Source: an uncultured candidate division Zixibacteria bacterium (GTDB lineage: Bacteria > Zixibacteria > MSB-5A5 > UBA10806). Taken from it: a stretch of DNA of 64,000 bases. The notes below the pieces were generated by a model. It had not been told where the DNA came from. It saw nothing but the letters and a program-made list of their open reading frames with translations, and made no database searches. Positions 1-8,368 of this stretch are shown here, one piece after another (position 1 is the first letter of the stretch; the number at the start of each line of letters is the position of its first letter). Position numbers and translations under genes: made by a program. Location of the stretch: contig CAWFQL010000009.1 in NCBI GenBank assembly GCA_963817915.1, positions 64,001-128,000 on the forward strand, given 5' to 3'.

Positions 1-2
1 GC

Positions 3-1595
3 ATGGGAAAGATAACTGTTCCATATTATCTTCAGCATCAAAGCGAACTAAGGCAAAAAGGATTGGATGCGCCCAGCGTCCGTCATGGAAATGGTTTGAA
101 TACCGACGCCATGGGCAAAAGCTCGGTTTCAGGTATTTTCAAAATCCTGACATTGCTTGTTGATTTTTCTACCAAAACTTCATCTGTCAATTCCGCGGAA
201 TTTGACACGTTAATCTATCTCAATGTCTCTGGGAGCGTGACAAACTACTATGATCAAGTATCATATAGCACATTGTCAATATCATCACCGGTAAATCCAT
301 CGACACTGGGATGGTATAGAGCTCCTCAAACTTACGCGTATTATGTCAACGCTCAAAATGGCACCGGCGCGTATCCGCAAAATTCGCAGAAGCTCGTCGA
401 AGACCTTGTAGATTTGGTAGATCCATACGTTGATTTTTCACAGTTCGATAATGATAATGATGGTTATGTCGATGGATTGATTATTGTACATGCCGGCCCC
501 GGAGCGGAATTTACCGGCAATGTCAACGATATCTGGTCGCATAAATGGTCTATCAATCCTCGACTCAAAGACGGCGTATATGTATTTGACTATTCGATAA
601 ATCCGGAGTACTGGTCGGCCCCGGGCGATATTACTCTTGGCGTCTATTGCCACGAGCTGGGCCATATACTGGGATTGCCGGATCTCTATGATACTGACTA
701 TTCATCCGAAGGGGTGGGCTCCTGGAGCCTAATGGCAGGAGGCAGCTGGAATGGCCCCTTAGGCGGTTCTCCAGCGCATCTCGATGCCTGGTCCAAAATA
801 TTTTTGGGATTCGTCACCCCGACGACTCTGGCACATGATCAATTAAATGTCAGTTTTCCTCAAGTAGAAACAAGCCAGACGATCTATAAGCTTTGGACAA
901 ACGGAACCCCGGTCAGCGAATATTTTTTAGTTGAAAATCGGCAGAAAATTGGTTATGATTCATATCTGACGAGCGGGGGTATGCTGATATGGCATATCGA
1001 TGATACTCGTCCGGGCAACACTAATGAGTGGTGGCCCGGTTCCGGACTTCCAGGACATTATAAGGTAGCGTTAGTTCAAGCGGATAATACTTGGGCGCTG
1101 GAACACAATATAAATAATGGCGATGGAGGGGATCCATTTCCGGGCACTTCGAATAATCGGGCATTTTCTTATATTACATCGCCCAATTCGAATTCCTACG
1201 CGGGAACCGAAACCTCTGTATCAGTGGTTAGTATAAGTAATTCGGGAGCCGGCATGACAGCTGATTTAGCTGTTGGTTCTCCGCAGGGAGTTCTGGCTGA
1301 CAATAGTACTATACCGGACAAAGTCAGACTTCTCGGGAATCTGCCTAACCCATTCAACCCCGAGACACAGATCAGGTTCGAGGTAGTAAAGGAAACTCCA
1401 GTTTTATTGGAAGTCTATGGAATAACAGGTCAGAAGATCACGACACTTGCTAACGGCACAATGAAGCCAGGCATGTATTCGATCGGATGGCGCGGGAAAA
1501 ATTACGAGAATAAAGAAGTAGGATCAGGAGTTTACTTCTACAAAATGACTCTTGATGACAAAATATTAAACGGTAAAATGACGAAGTTAAAATGA
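3..1595 (+). CDS. M6 family (immune inhibitor A-like) secreted zinc metalloprotease with C-terminal PNPFN/FlgD-Ig (T9SS-like) domain; probably 5'-partial
   Basis: HELGHILGLPDLYD zinc motif, DFSQFDNDNDGYVD, IWSHKW, WSLMAGGSW, EYFLVENRQ; C-terminal NLPNPFNPET...SGVYFYKM...KMTKLK. No signal peptide seen, so the true start likely lies upstream of the window. Confidence 0.9.
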   Translation: MGKITVPYYLQHQSELRQKGLDAPSVRHGNGLNTDAMGKSSVSGIFKILTLLVDFSTKTSSVNSAEFDTLIYLNVSGSVTNYYDQVSYSTLSISSPVNPSTLGWYRAPQTYAYYVNAQNGTGAYPQNSQKLVEDLVDLVDPYVDFSQFDNDNDGYVDGLIIVHAGPGAEFTGNVNDIWSHKWSINPRLKDGVYVFDYSINPEYWSAPGDITLGVYCHELGHILGLPDLYDTDYSSEGVGSWSLMAGGSWNGPLGGSPAHLDAWSKIFLGFVTPTTLAHDQLNVSFPQVETSQTIYKLWTNGTPVSEYFLVENRQKIGYDSYLTSGGMLIWHIDDTRPGNTNEWWPGSGLPGHYKVALVQADNTWALEHNINNGDGGDPFPGTSNNRAFSYITSPNSNSYAGTETSVSVVSISNSGAGMTADLAVGSPQGVLADNSTIPDKVRLLGNLPNPFNPETQIRFEVVKETPVLLEVYGITGQKITTLANGTMKPGMYSIGWRGKNYENKEVGSGVYFYKMTLDDKILNGKMTKLK

Positions 1596-1822
1596 GTTAT
1601 CGCAGTGAATTAAAGGAGGCGGTGAAATTGGCTGACCAGGTGCAGATTGACAAAAAAGGTGAAAAAAATGGTGAATCCTTACAGAAAATGCAGCCCAAGC
1701 CGGAAGAAAAAGCCGGGGAAATTGACCAGCACAGGCTGGAACGAATGAAAAAGGCATTCAAACCTACATGGCTCTATGATCAAATCGAGGGAAACGGTAA
1801 AGAGCAAAATGGCAAGAAATAA
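1592..1822 (+). CDS. small highly charged hypothetical protein (start may be TTG 1628)
   Basis: ATGA overlap with the protease stop; AAGGAGG at 1613-1619 lies 8 nt before in-frame TTG 1628; no recognisable domain. Confidence 0.5.
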   Translation: MSYRSELKEAVKLADQVQIDKKGEKNGESLQKMQPKPEEKAGEIDQHRLERMKKAFKPTWLYDQIEGNGKEQNGKK

Positions 1823-2091
1823 TAAAATAAGACTTGACATTTCAAGTGGATACCTTAATCATTTATCAGTGGTATTAGTGTTGATCTTTTTTTTGACGTG
1901 GTGTTGACCGGGAATTGGAAGTTGATATTGCCGGTTTTTATTTTTATGAAGTATCGAGCTATTTATCTGAGCAGCTATTAAACGGGATGATAGTATAAGC
2001 GAAGTCAAAGAATTACAATAAATTGCGGTTTTATTTGCTCTAATGTCTTCTATCCCCCTCCGGAAGATACGTGAGTATAAAGCCGCTCGAC

Positions 2092-2119
2092 AGGCCCCCA
2101 TAAGTGGGGCCTTTATTTT
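2092..2119 (+). terminator. intrinsic terminator-like hairpin between convergent transcription units
   Basis: AGGCCCC(C)A-TAAG-TGGGGCCT followed by TTATTTT. Confidence 0.65.
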
Positions 2120-2131
2120 GCCCGCATTATA

Positions 2132-2890
2132 TTATTTTATTACGAATTTTACTGGGTATATAATCCAGATAGGAAATCGTTTGCCGCCGTATTCAGCCGG
2201 AGTAAATTTGCTTTCTTTAGCGGCCTTAACGGCGGATTCTTCGAATCCTTTGCCGGGATTGCTGCTACCGAGCACGACCACATCCGTGATATTGCCATTT
2301 ATATCAAGCAACGCCTTGATCCAGACTTCACCGGAAATGCCATTTTTTTGCGACCAGGTTGGGTATTCCGGCATTGCCATCTTGATGGCGCGCGGCATAT
2401 TTTCCAATGCTATAACTTCATGTGTCTGGCCCTTTATAGTCTCAAAGCCCGCGGTGTCCGATATAATCTCTGAAATTGATGCTGCAGAAATCGGAAATAT
2501 ATTCTCTGGAAGCTTTTCATTGCTCAAATATATTTCGCCGATTAATGTCGATTCAGGCGCGGGGGAGGCGACCGGTTTTGACAACAGTGAATATTGCTGG
2601 TTTTGAGTTTGAATTGGGATACTGCGTACCGGTCCTGACATCAAGATTGATTCCTTGCCAGATATCGTCTTTCGCTCAGCAGTAATTGGCAGGCTCGGCT
2701 CCTTTTTATACCTTGAAACAGTGTCGGTCATCGCGAAATCCTGTTCTAAATTGCTTTTGCCAGGTCTGATTCGAGTACCAAGCGACTCTATGCTTTTTTC
2801 AACGTCAGCCGGTTCATTTGCCGGAATTGGAGTTAGAGTAGCTGGTTTTGGCGCGACCGCCAATGCTTTATCTGCATTTTCGACAGGCAT
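2132..2890 (-). CDS. TonB C-terminal domain protein (probably the 3' part of an anti-sigma-TonB fusion)
   Basis: Pro-rich linker, then PEYP...GISGEVWIKALLDINGNITDVVVLGSS...FEESAVKAAKESKFTPA...PVKF. It has no TM anchor of its own and the frame stays open upstream into the anti-sigma 3' end. Confidence 0.85.
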   Translation of the reverse strand: MPVENADKALAVAPKPATLTPIPANEPADVEKSIESLGTRIRPGKSNLEQDFAMTDTVSRYKKEPSLPITAERKTISGKESILMSGPVRSIPIQTQNQQYSLLSKPVASPAPESTLIGEIYLSNEKLPENIFPISAASISEIISDTAGFETIKGQTHEVIALENMPRAIKMAMPEYPTWSQKNGISGEVWIKALLDINGNITDVVVLGSSNPGKGFEESAVKAAKESKFTPAEYGGKRFPIWIIYPVKFVIK

Positions 2891-2924
2891 TTCCGGTTCC
2901 GCTTTTTTCTCGGGAGCGATTGAT

Positions 2925-3368
2925 TTATCCTGATTCTTTCTTATCGGTAAAATTGAAATTCATGATTTTATATTCTTTTTCTTCTGAAGCGGTTGTATCC
3001 GGCTTGAACATTGGAATATTGATATCCTGCATGGATCGAACCAAAAACATTACTATGACTATCGCCATTCCGAACGAAAGCGCCATTCTGAAATGATAAT
3101 TTACCTTGGGCGCTATCCTGACAGATATAGTCTGTTTCTGAGATTTGATTTTATCAAAAACAGCATTGTCGAATTTATTGATGTCGATTTTCGCGATTCT
3201 TTTCTCATCAAATTCCGAGAGCCCTCCCAATGCTTTGATCGTCTGCAGGCCCTGAGAGCACTGCGGGCATTGGGCAAGATGCGAATCAATCAGTATTCTA
3301 TTTTCCGCTGAAATACTGCCGTCAGCAAAATCCCAGAGGAGCTTTTCTATTTTATTACAGTCCTTCAA
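2925..3368 (-). CDS. zf-HC2 (ZAS) anti-sigma factor with one TM helix
   Basis: HLAQCPQC (HxxxCxxC) motif; TM segment MALSFGMAIVIVMFLV; directly downstream of an ECF sigma. Confidence 0.85.
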   Translation of the reverse strand: MKDCNKIEKLLWDFADGSISAENRILIDSHLAQCPQCSQGLQTIKALGGLSEFDEKRIAKIDINKFDNAVFDKIKSQKQTISVRIAPKVNYHFRMALSFGMAIVIVMFLVRSMQDINIPMFKPDTTASEEKEYKIMNFNFTDKKESG

Positions 3369-3370
3369 AA

Positions 3371-3943
3371 TTATTTCGCCTTTTTCAGAATTTCGGTAAG
3401 TTTCTTTCTGGCCCTGAATAATCTCGACATCACCGTTCCCATTCTAACACCCAACAACTTCGCGATTTCATCATATGAATAATCACCATAAGCCTTCAAG
3501 ACAATTATTTCTTTTAATTTCTCCGGAAGAGATTCAAGCGCCTGTTCAACCGATTTTAATTCCACTGCACCAGATTCAGATTGAGCATCGATATTCATTT
3601 CGTAGGCGCCGTCGCGCTCGTCGATTTCGCGAAAATATTTTTTGTCTCGAACCCGTTTCCGCAGCCTATCCCTGCAAGTATTCATGGCAATAGCGCCGGC
3701 CCAGACCACGAAACTTCTTTCGGGATCGAAGCCCTTTATGTTGAAATAAATTTTCACCCAACTATCCTGCGCGGCTTCCTCGGCTTCCGTGATATCTTTC
3801 AACATTCTTAAGCAGATCGCGATAATTTTACTTCGATATTTATCCAGAAGCTGTCTGAATGCCGCTTCATCGCCATCGGCTGCCAGAATCGCTAACTGGG
3901 CGTCATCTCTCTCGGCCTGTTCGTTTCTGGCTCTATCCGGCAA
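3371..3943 (-). CDS. ECF RNA polymerase sigma factor
   Basis: GDEAAFRQLL, EAEEAAQD, region 4 YSYDEIAKLLGVRMGTVMSRLFRARKKL. Confidence 0.93.
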   Translation of the reverse strand: MPDRARNEQAERDDAQLAILAADGDEAAFRQLLDKYRSKIIAICLRMLKDITEAEEAAQDSWVKIYFNIKGFDPERSFVVWAGAIAMNTCRDRLRKRVRDKKYFREIDERDGAYEMNIDAQSESGAVELKSVEQALESLPEKLKEIIVLKAYGDYSYDEIAKLLGVRMGTVMSRLFRARKKLTEILKKAK

Positions 3944-3963
3944 TCCCTATTCCTATCTAATAA

Positions 3964-3988
3964 TACGTTTGCAAGGTATTGTTATTCC
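3964..3988 (-). promoter_or_regulatory. putative autoregulatory ECF promoter
   Basis: Minus strand GGAAT-N16-CGTA about 20 nt upstream of the sigma TTG start; resembles general ECF -35/-10 motifs. Confidence 0.55.
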
Positions 3989-4138
3989 GAAAAAAACAGT
4001 ATTTTCCATAAATTCAAAATTCCGGTAACCACAAATACCGCACGAATTTTGGGACAAAAATAGACAAATTGCAATATTAAACTTGCGGCTTATTTATCGT
4101 CTATGAGCCTATATCGATGATAAAACAAATGTAATTGG

Positions 4139-7100
4139 CTATTTGCTAACAACGTGCCGGGCTCTGACACTCTCAACGAATGCGCCCAGCTTGATTGTCT
4201 CATTATCGCCGCTGAATCCCTCATAGGCGATATTTAACCAGGGGTAACCGTCATTATCCCTGACTATTTTTTCCGAGATAGCATTGATGATATTTCCGGG
4301 CATGCAAGTAAACGGCAGCGTATTGATAATTCCGGAGCATCCGCTATGAATCATATCGATGGCTTTGCCAATTGCAGGCATAGCCTCGCCGCCGACGCTA
4401 ATTGGCAAATATGGCTCGACATATTTGAGTACTTCGCCAATTGGAGTATCGGTATGGCCATTGAGATCCGATTTAATAAGTCGAATAATTCGATTTTCAT
4501 CCCGTTTCTGGAAATACCCCTTTAATGAAGCATTCAAGTAATTCTTGGCGGATTTGTTTCGCACGGAATCTCGTCTGAACATTTCAGTAGTAAAATAAAT
4601 CCATTCTGAAAATCCGGCCAGGTCGGCCTCGACGCCAAGTGATTCCAATTTTTCGATCAGATAATTATTCGAATAGGGATTATTGCGTATATATATTTCG
4701 CCGATTATGCCGATTACAGGTTTTTTATTGATTGAAGGATCGATGATATTTCTATTCTGTTTAAATGCCTCCGCGATAATCTCCGGGATTTTATGTCCGC
4801 CTCTTTCGATATCTTCTATCGCCAATTTTACGAAATGTCCATAAACTGCTTCAGCTGATCCTTTTTCTTTTTCATAGGGACGGGTTTTGAGCAGGAATTT
4901 TCGCAAATAATCCATAGTCAAAAATCCGCGCCAGGCGAGGCTGCGAAAATTCTTGGCCGTCTCAGGGAATTCGCCGTAGGAATCTTCGGATGTCGGAGAA
5001 TAGACCGGTACATCACCATAGCCGAGATTTTCCAATATCTGCTTATGCAGATGGTGGTACTGACCGAATCGGCAAGGTCCTCCGGCTGTTGGCATAAAGA
5101 ATGCCATCTTGTTAGGATCGGTACCCGGTTTTTCGAGCTCACGCAGTAAATCACCGGTGGTTAGGACCGCCGGATAGCATTCTCTACCGCCGGTATGCTG
5201 CCTGCCCAACTCCAGCGATCGATTATCTGTTTCGGGCAAGACCGACGCGTCCTGGCCGCCATTCCTGAATGCCGCCGCGAAAAGTTCCGCGTGGTCGGAC
5301 ATTCTCGGAATCAAGAGCTTTCTCTTGTAGCCATTGGAATGCTTTATCGAGATGGTCGAATAGTACTTCTTATCGTGGCGGGGGAGACTATCGAGGAACG
5401 CCTCACACCTCGTGATTAGCCCGGCGTCCGCGGAATGCTCATCGAGCTCTAAAATCAGATGAGGCTTATCGCCCATAATTTTCTTGAAATGATGAATCAG
5501 GAATGAATCCGGTCCGCACCCGAAATTGCTGATATAAACAGGGAATAATCCCGGAGTATCCTTAGCCAATTTGGCTGCTTTAAGAATTCTTCGTCCGCTC
5601 TGCCAGTAAATGAATTTGAATTCGTCATCGGGCAGTTGCATCATGTCCATCGAAATAACTGTGACTCCGAGGTCGGTCAGCTTGCTTGCAAGGTCAAGTG
5701 AGACGCCGGGGTCGATACTGTTATAGGGCCTGCCGATCAATAACAGCCCCGGATTTTCGGGAGATATATTCTTATGATATTCGCTGCCGATATCGATTAA
5801 TTCCTTTTTAAAATCATTAAATTCCTTGAGGGATTCAATATAAGCTGTTTCTATTTCTCTGGCGCCGAATCCCAGTTCCCTTAATTCGGATTGAAGCGTC
5901 TTGACTACAGCTTCGGTACCTTCGCCAAATCGGATAATCGGCGAGACAATTCGAATATTGTTCATACGGTCCGAAAGGGATGACTTTATTATATAGGGGA
6001 AAGCTTGGATATATGGACAGAAATAATTGCGGCTGCCCTCGGGAGCTTTATCTATTCCACTTACTATAGAAGGCAGGAAGATAAAATCCAGTTTCCGTTT
6101 AGAAAGATCGATAATATGACCATGCGCGACCTTAACCGGGAAACAAGTCTCCGATCCAACTGATTCGACTCCCGCCTTAATTAATTCACCGGAGCTATTT
6201 CTTGACAAGACCACATTGCAACCAAGCTTATTGAAAAGCCGTCTCCAGAGGTAGAGGAATTCCCAGTTTGATAACGCTCTCGGAATTCCGACTGTCACTC
6301 CGCGCGATTTTGCGGGTCTCGGAGGCGATGCCAGGAATCGTTTGTTTCTGATACTAACCGGATTTGGCGCAACATCTTTGACACCGCGTTCGGCGTCGTA
6401 TTTCTCGCATCGTGAGCCATAATATAATTCACGGTCATTATCGTTTATCTTGGTGATATTGCAATGATTGGCGCAATCGGTGCAAAGGAAAGTCTCTTGC
6501 AGGATTTTTCTCTGGGCTAGGTCAAAACCTCTGAATCTCGTATTTTTTATTTCAGCCGATTTTGCCAACAATGCCGCGCCGATGGCTCCGGTGATATCAT
6601 GATGCGGCGGCACAGCTATCTCTTTGCCGGTAATATTTTCGAATGCCGCAACGACCGCCTTATTCCAAGCTACACCACCCTGGAAAAGTATCTTATTGCC
6701 AATTTTTTTTCGTCCGACGACTTTATTGATATAGTTGTGAACTATGGCGAATGATAATCCCGCAGTGATTTCTTCTCTCGACGCGCCGCCCTGCTCGAAT
6801 CGCATCATATCGGATTCCATGAATACAGTACACCGTTCTCCGGCAGAGACCGGCATTTCAGCCTTGAACGCCATATCGGCAAAATCATTTTTGATGTTGA
6901 TGCCAAGCCGTTCCGCTTGCTCTTCAAGAAATGATCCGGTACCCGCGGCGCAGGCGCGATTCATTTCGAAATCGACGACAACACCGTTTTCCATACTGAT
7001 ATATTTCGAATCCTGTCCGCCTATTTCGAAAATTGTATCGACATCCGGCACGAAATGCGAACCGCCTTTAGCCTGAGCGGTGATTTCATTTCGAATTATA

Positions 7101-8272
7101 TCGGCTCCTACAAGCTCACCGATCATATATCGTCCCGAACCTGTCGTGGCCACTCCGAGGACTTTGAAATCGGGAGAGATTTCGTCCTTGATTTCCTGTA
7201 AGCCTCTCTGTACCGCTTCAATCGGACGGCCTGCAGTCATTAGATAACGGCGCGATATTACTTCGCATTCTTCGCTGATCAAAACAACATTAGTTGAAAG
7301 AGATCCGATATCTATTCCCAAATAACCGGATTTAATCTCTGGTCGAGGTTTTTGTTCTCTTATGGTTTTTTCATATGTCTTGCTTGATGGGAAATCGAAA
7401 GATAGGGCCGCATGTCTTGGGATGGTAGTAAAAAGCGATGACTTGGAAACCATGGCGATATTGTCAAAGCGGTTCTTTTCAAATTGATATTCTCTGGCAA
7501 GCATGGCGGAACCGATAGCCCCGGAAAGCCTATGCCACTCAGGAATAATCAAGTTTTCATCCGCTAATTCAAAAATACTTCTTAATGCTTTCACCATTCC
7601 CGGATTTGAGGCTACGCCTCCGAGAAAGACGATCGGAGCATCGATCTTTTTAGATTTAACGATTGTTCCCTTATAATTGCGCGCGACAGCGAAACATAAT
7701 CCGGCGATAATATCGCTTACAGGCACGCCTTTCTGCTGATGATGAATCATGTCGGATTTCGCGAAGACAGAGCATCTTCCCGCGATATGTGGGGGATTAT
7801 TGCATTTGACAGCCATTTCGCCGAATTCATTTTCAATATTCACGCCCAGCCGCGTTGCCTGCTGATCGAGAAATGATCCGGTACCGGCGGCGCATAGACC
7901 GCTGATAGCGAAATCATCGAGGCTGGCGCTACCGTTATCGTGGCGAGAAAGATGAATATACTTGGCCTGCTGACCGCCCATTTCGAAAATAGTCTTTGTA
8001 TTTGGCAAGAGTCTCGACACTGTTTCGCTGATTGCAGGAAATTCATTTACATAATAGATATCGAGCGCCCGGGCCAATTGCATGGCGCCGCTGCCGGTTA
8101 GCGCCCAATAATTTGGAATCCCGTATTTTTCGATGACATTACTAATTTGATCCAAGGCGCAATCGATCGGATTGCCTTTATGCCGTTGAGATACAGAGTA
8201 TATAATCTTAGAGCTATTGTCCAATAACGCTAAATTGCTTGAAACCGAGCCTATATCTATTCCAAGTCGCAA
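4139..8272 (-). CDS. acyl-CoA dehydratase activase-related multidomain protein (2x BadF/BadG/BcrA/BcrD ATPase + DUF2229 + HgdA/B-like)
   Basis: Two GIDIGS...IFE(M/I)GGQ(Q/D)xK...CAAGTGSFL...GxC(S/T)VF modules, then CFPVKVAHGH, CPYIQ, FGCGPDSF, ECYPA, GPCRFGQY, PFTCMPG. Start set at TTG 8272 after GGAAGGA. Confidence 0.9.
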   Translation of the reverse strand: MRLGIDIGSVSSNLALLDNSSKIIYSVSQRHKGNPIDCALDQISNVIEKYGIPNYWALTGSGAMQLARALDIYYVNEFPAISETVSRLLPNTKTIFEMGGQQAKYIHLSRHDNGSASLDDFAISGLCAAGTGSFLDQQATRLGVNIENEFGEMAVKCNNPPHIAGRCSVFAKSDMIHHQQKGVPVSDIIAGLCFAVARNYKGTIVKSKKIDAPIVFLGGVASNPGMVKALRSIFELADENLIIPEWHRLSGAIGSAMLAREYQFEKNRFDNIAMVSKSSLFTTIPRHAALSFDFPSSKTYEKTIREQKPRPEIKSGYLGIDIGSLSTNVVLISEECEVISRRYLMTAGRPIEAVQRGLQEIKDEISPDFKVLGVATTGSGRYMIGELVGADIIRNEITAQAKGGSHFVPDVDTIFEIGGQDSKYISMENGVVVDFEMNRACAAGTGSFLEEQAERLGINIKNDFADMAFKAEMPVSAGERCTVFMESDMMRFEQGGASREEITAGLSFAIVHNYINKVVGRKKIGNKILFQGGVAWNKAVVAAFENITGKEIAVPPHHDITGAIGAALLAKSAEIKNTRFRGFDLAQRKILQETFLCTDCANHCNITKINDNDRELYYGSRCEKYDAERGVKDVAPNPVSIRNKRFLASPPRPAKSRGVTVGIPRALSNWEFLYLWRRLFNKLGCNVVLSRNSSGELIKAGVESVGSETCFPVKVAHGHIIDLSKRKLDFIFLPSIVSGIDKAPEGSRNYFCPYIQAFPYIIKSSLSDRMNNIRIVSPIIRFGEGTEAVVKTLQSELRELGFGAREIETAYIESLKEFNDFKKELIDIGSEYHKNISPENPGLLLIGRPYNSIDPGVSLDLASKLTDLGVTVISMDMMQLPDDEFKFIYWQSGRRILKAAKLAKDTPGLFPVYISNFGCGPDSFLIHHFKKIMGDKPHLILELDEHSADAGLITRCEAFLDSLPRHDKKYYSTISIKHSNGYKRKLLIPRMSDHAELFAAAFRNGGQDASVLPETDNRSLELGRQHTGGRECYPAVLTTGDLLRELEKPGTDPNKMAFFMPTAGGPCRFGQYHHLHKQILENLGYGDVPVYSPTSEDSYGEFPETAKNFRSLAWRGFLTMDYLRKFLLKTRPYEKEKGSAEAVYGHFVKLAIEDIERGGHKIPEIIAEAFKQNRNIIDPSINKKPVIGIIGEIYIRNNPYSNNYLIEKLESLGVEADLAGFSEWIYFTTEMFRRDSVRNKSAKNYLNASLKGYFQKRDENRIIRLIKSDLNGHTDTPIGEVLKYVEPYLPISVGGEAMPAIGKAIDMIHSGCSGIINTLPFTCMPGNIINAISEKIVRDNDGYPWLNIAYEGFSGDNETIKLGAFVESVRARHVVSK

Positions 8273-8368
8273 ATGCTTTTCCTTCCGGTTACTGTTGCAA
8301 TAAACGGTGTTTATTTCAATCTCGATAAATAGGCCACTAATTAAGCCTATCAAATTCCAATCAGAATA

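Noticed and set aside
1859..2606. ORFs 1859-2101(-) and 2043-2606(+)
   Set aside because: They cross a terminator or lie antisense to tonB, and show no SD or domain signal.
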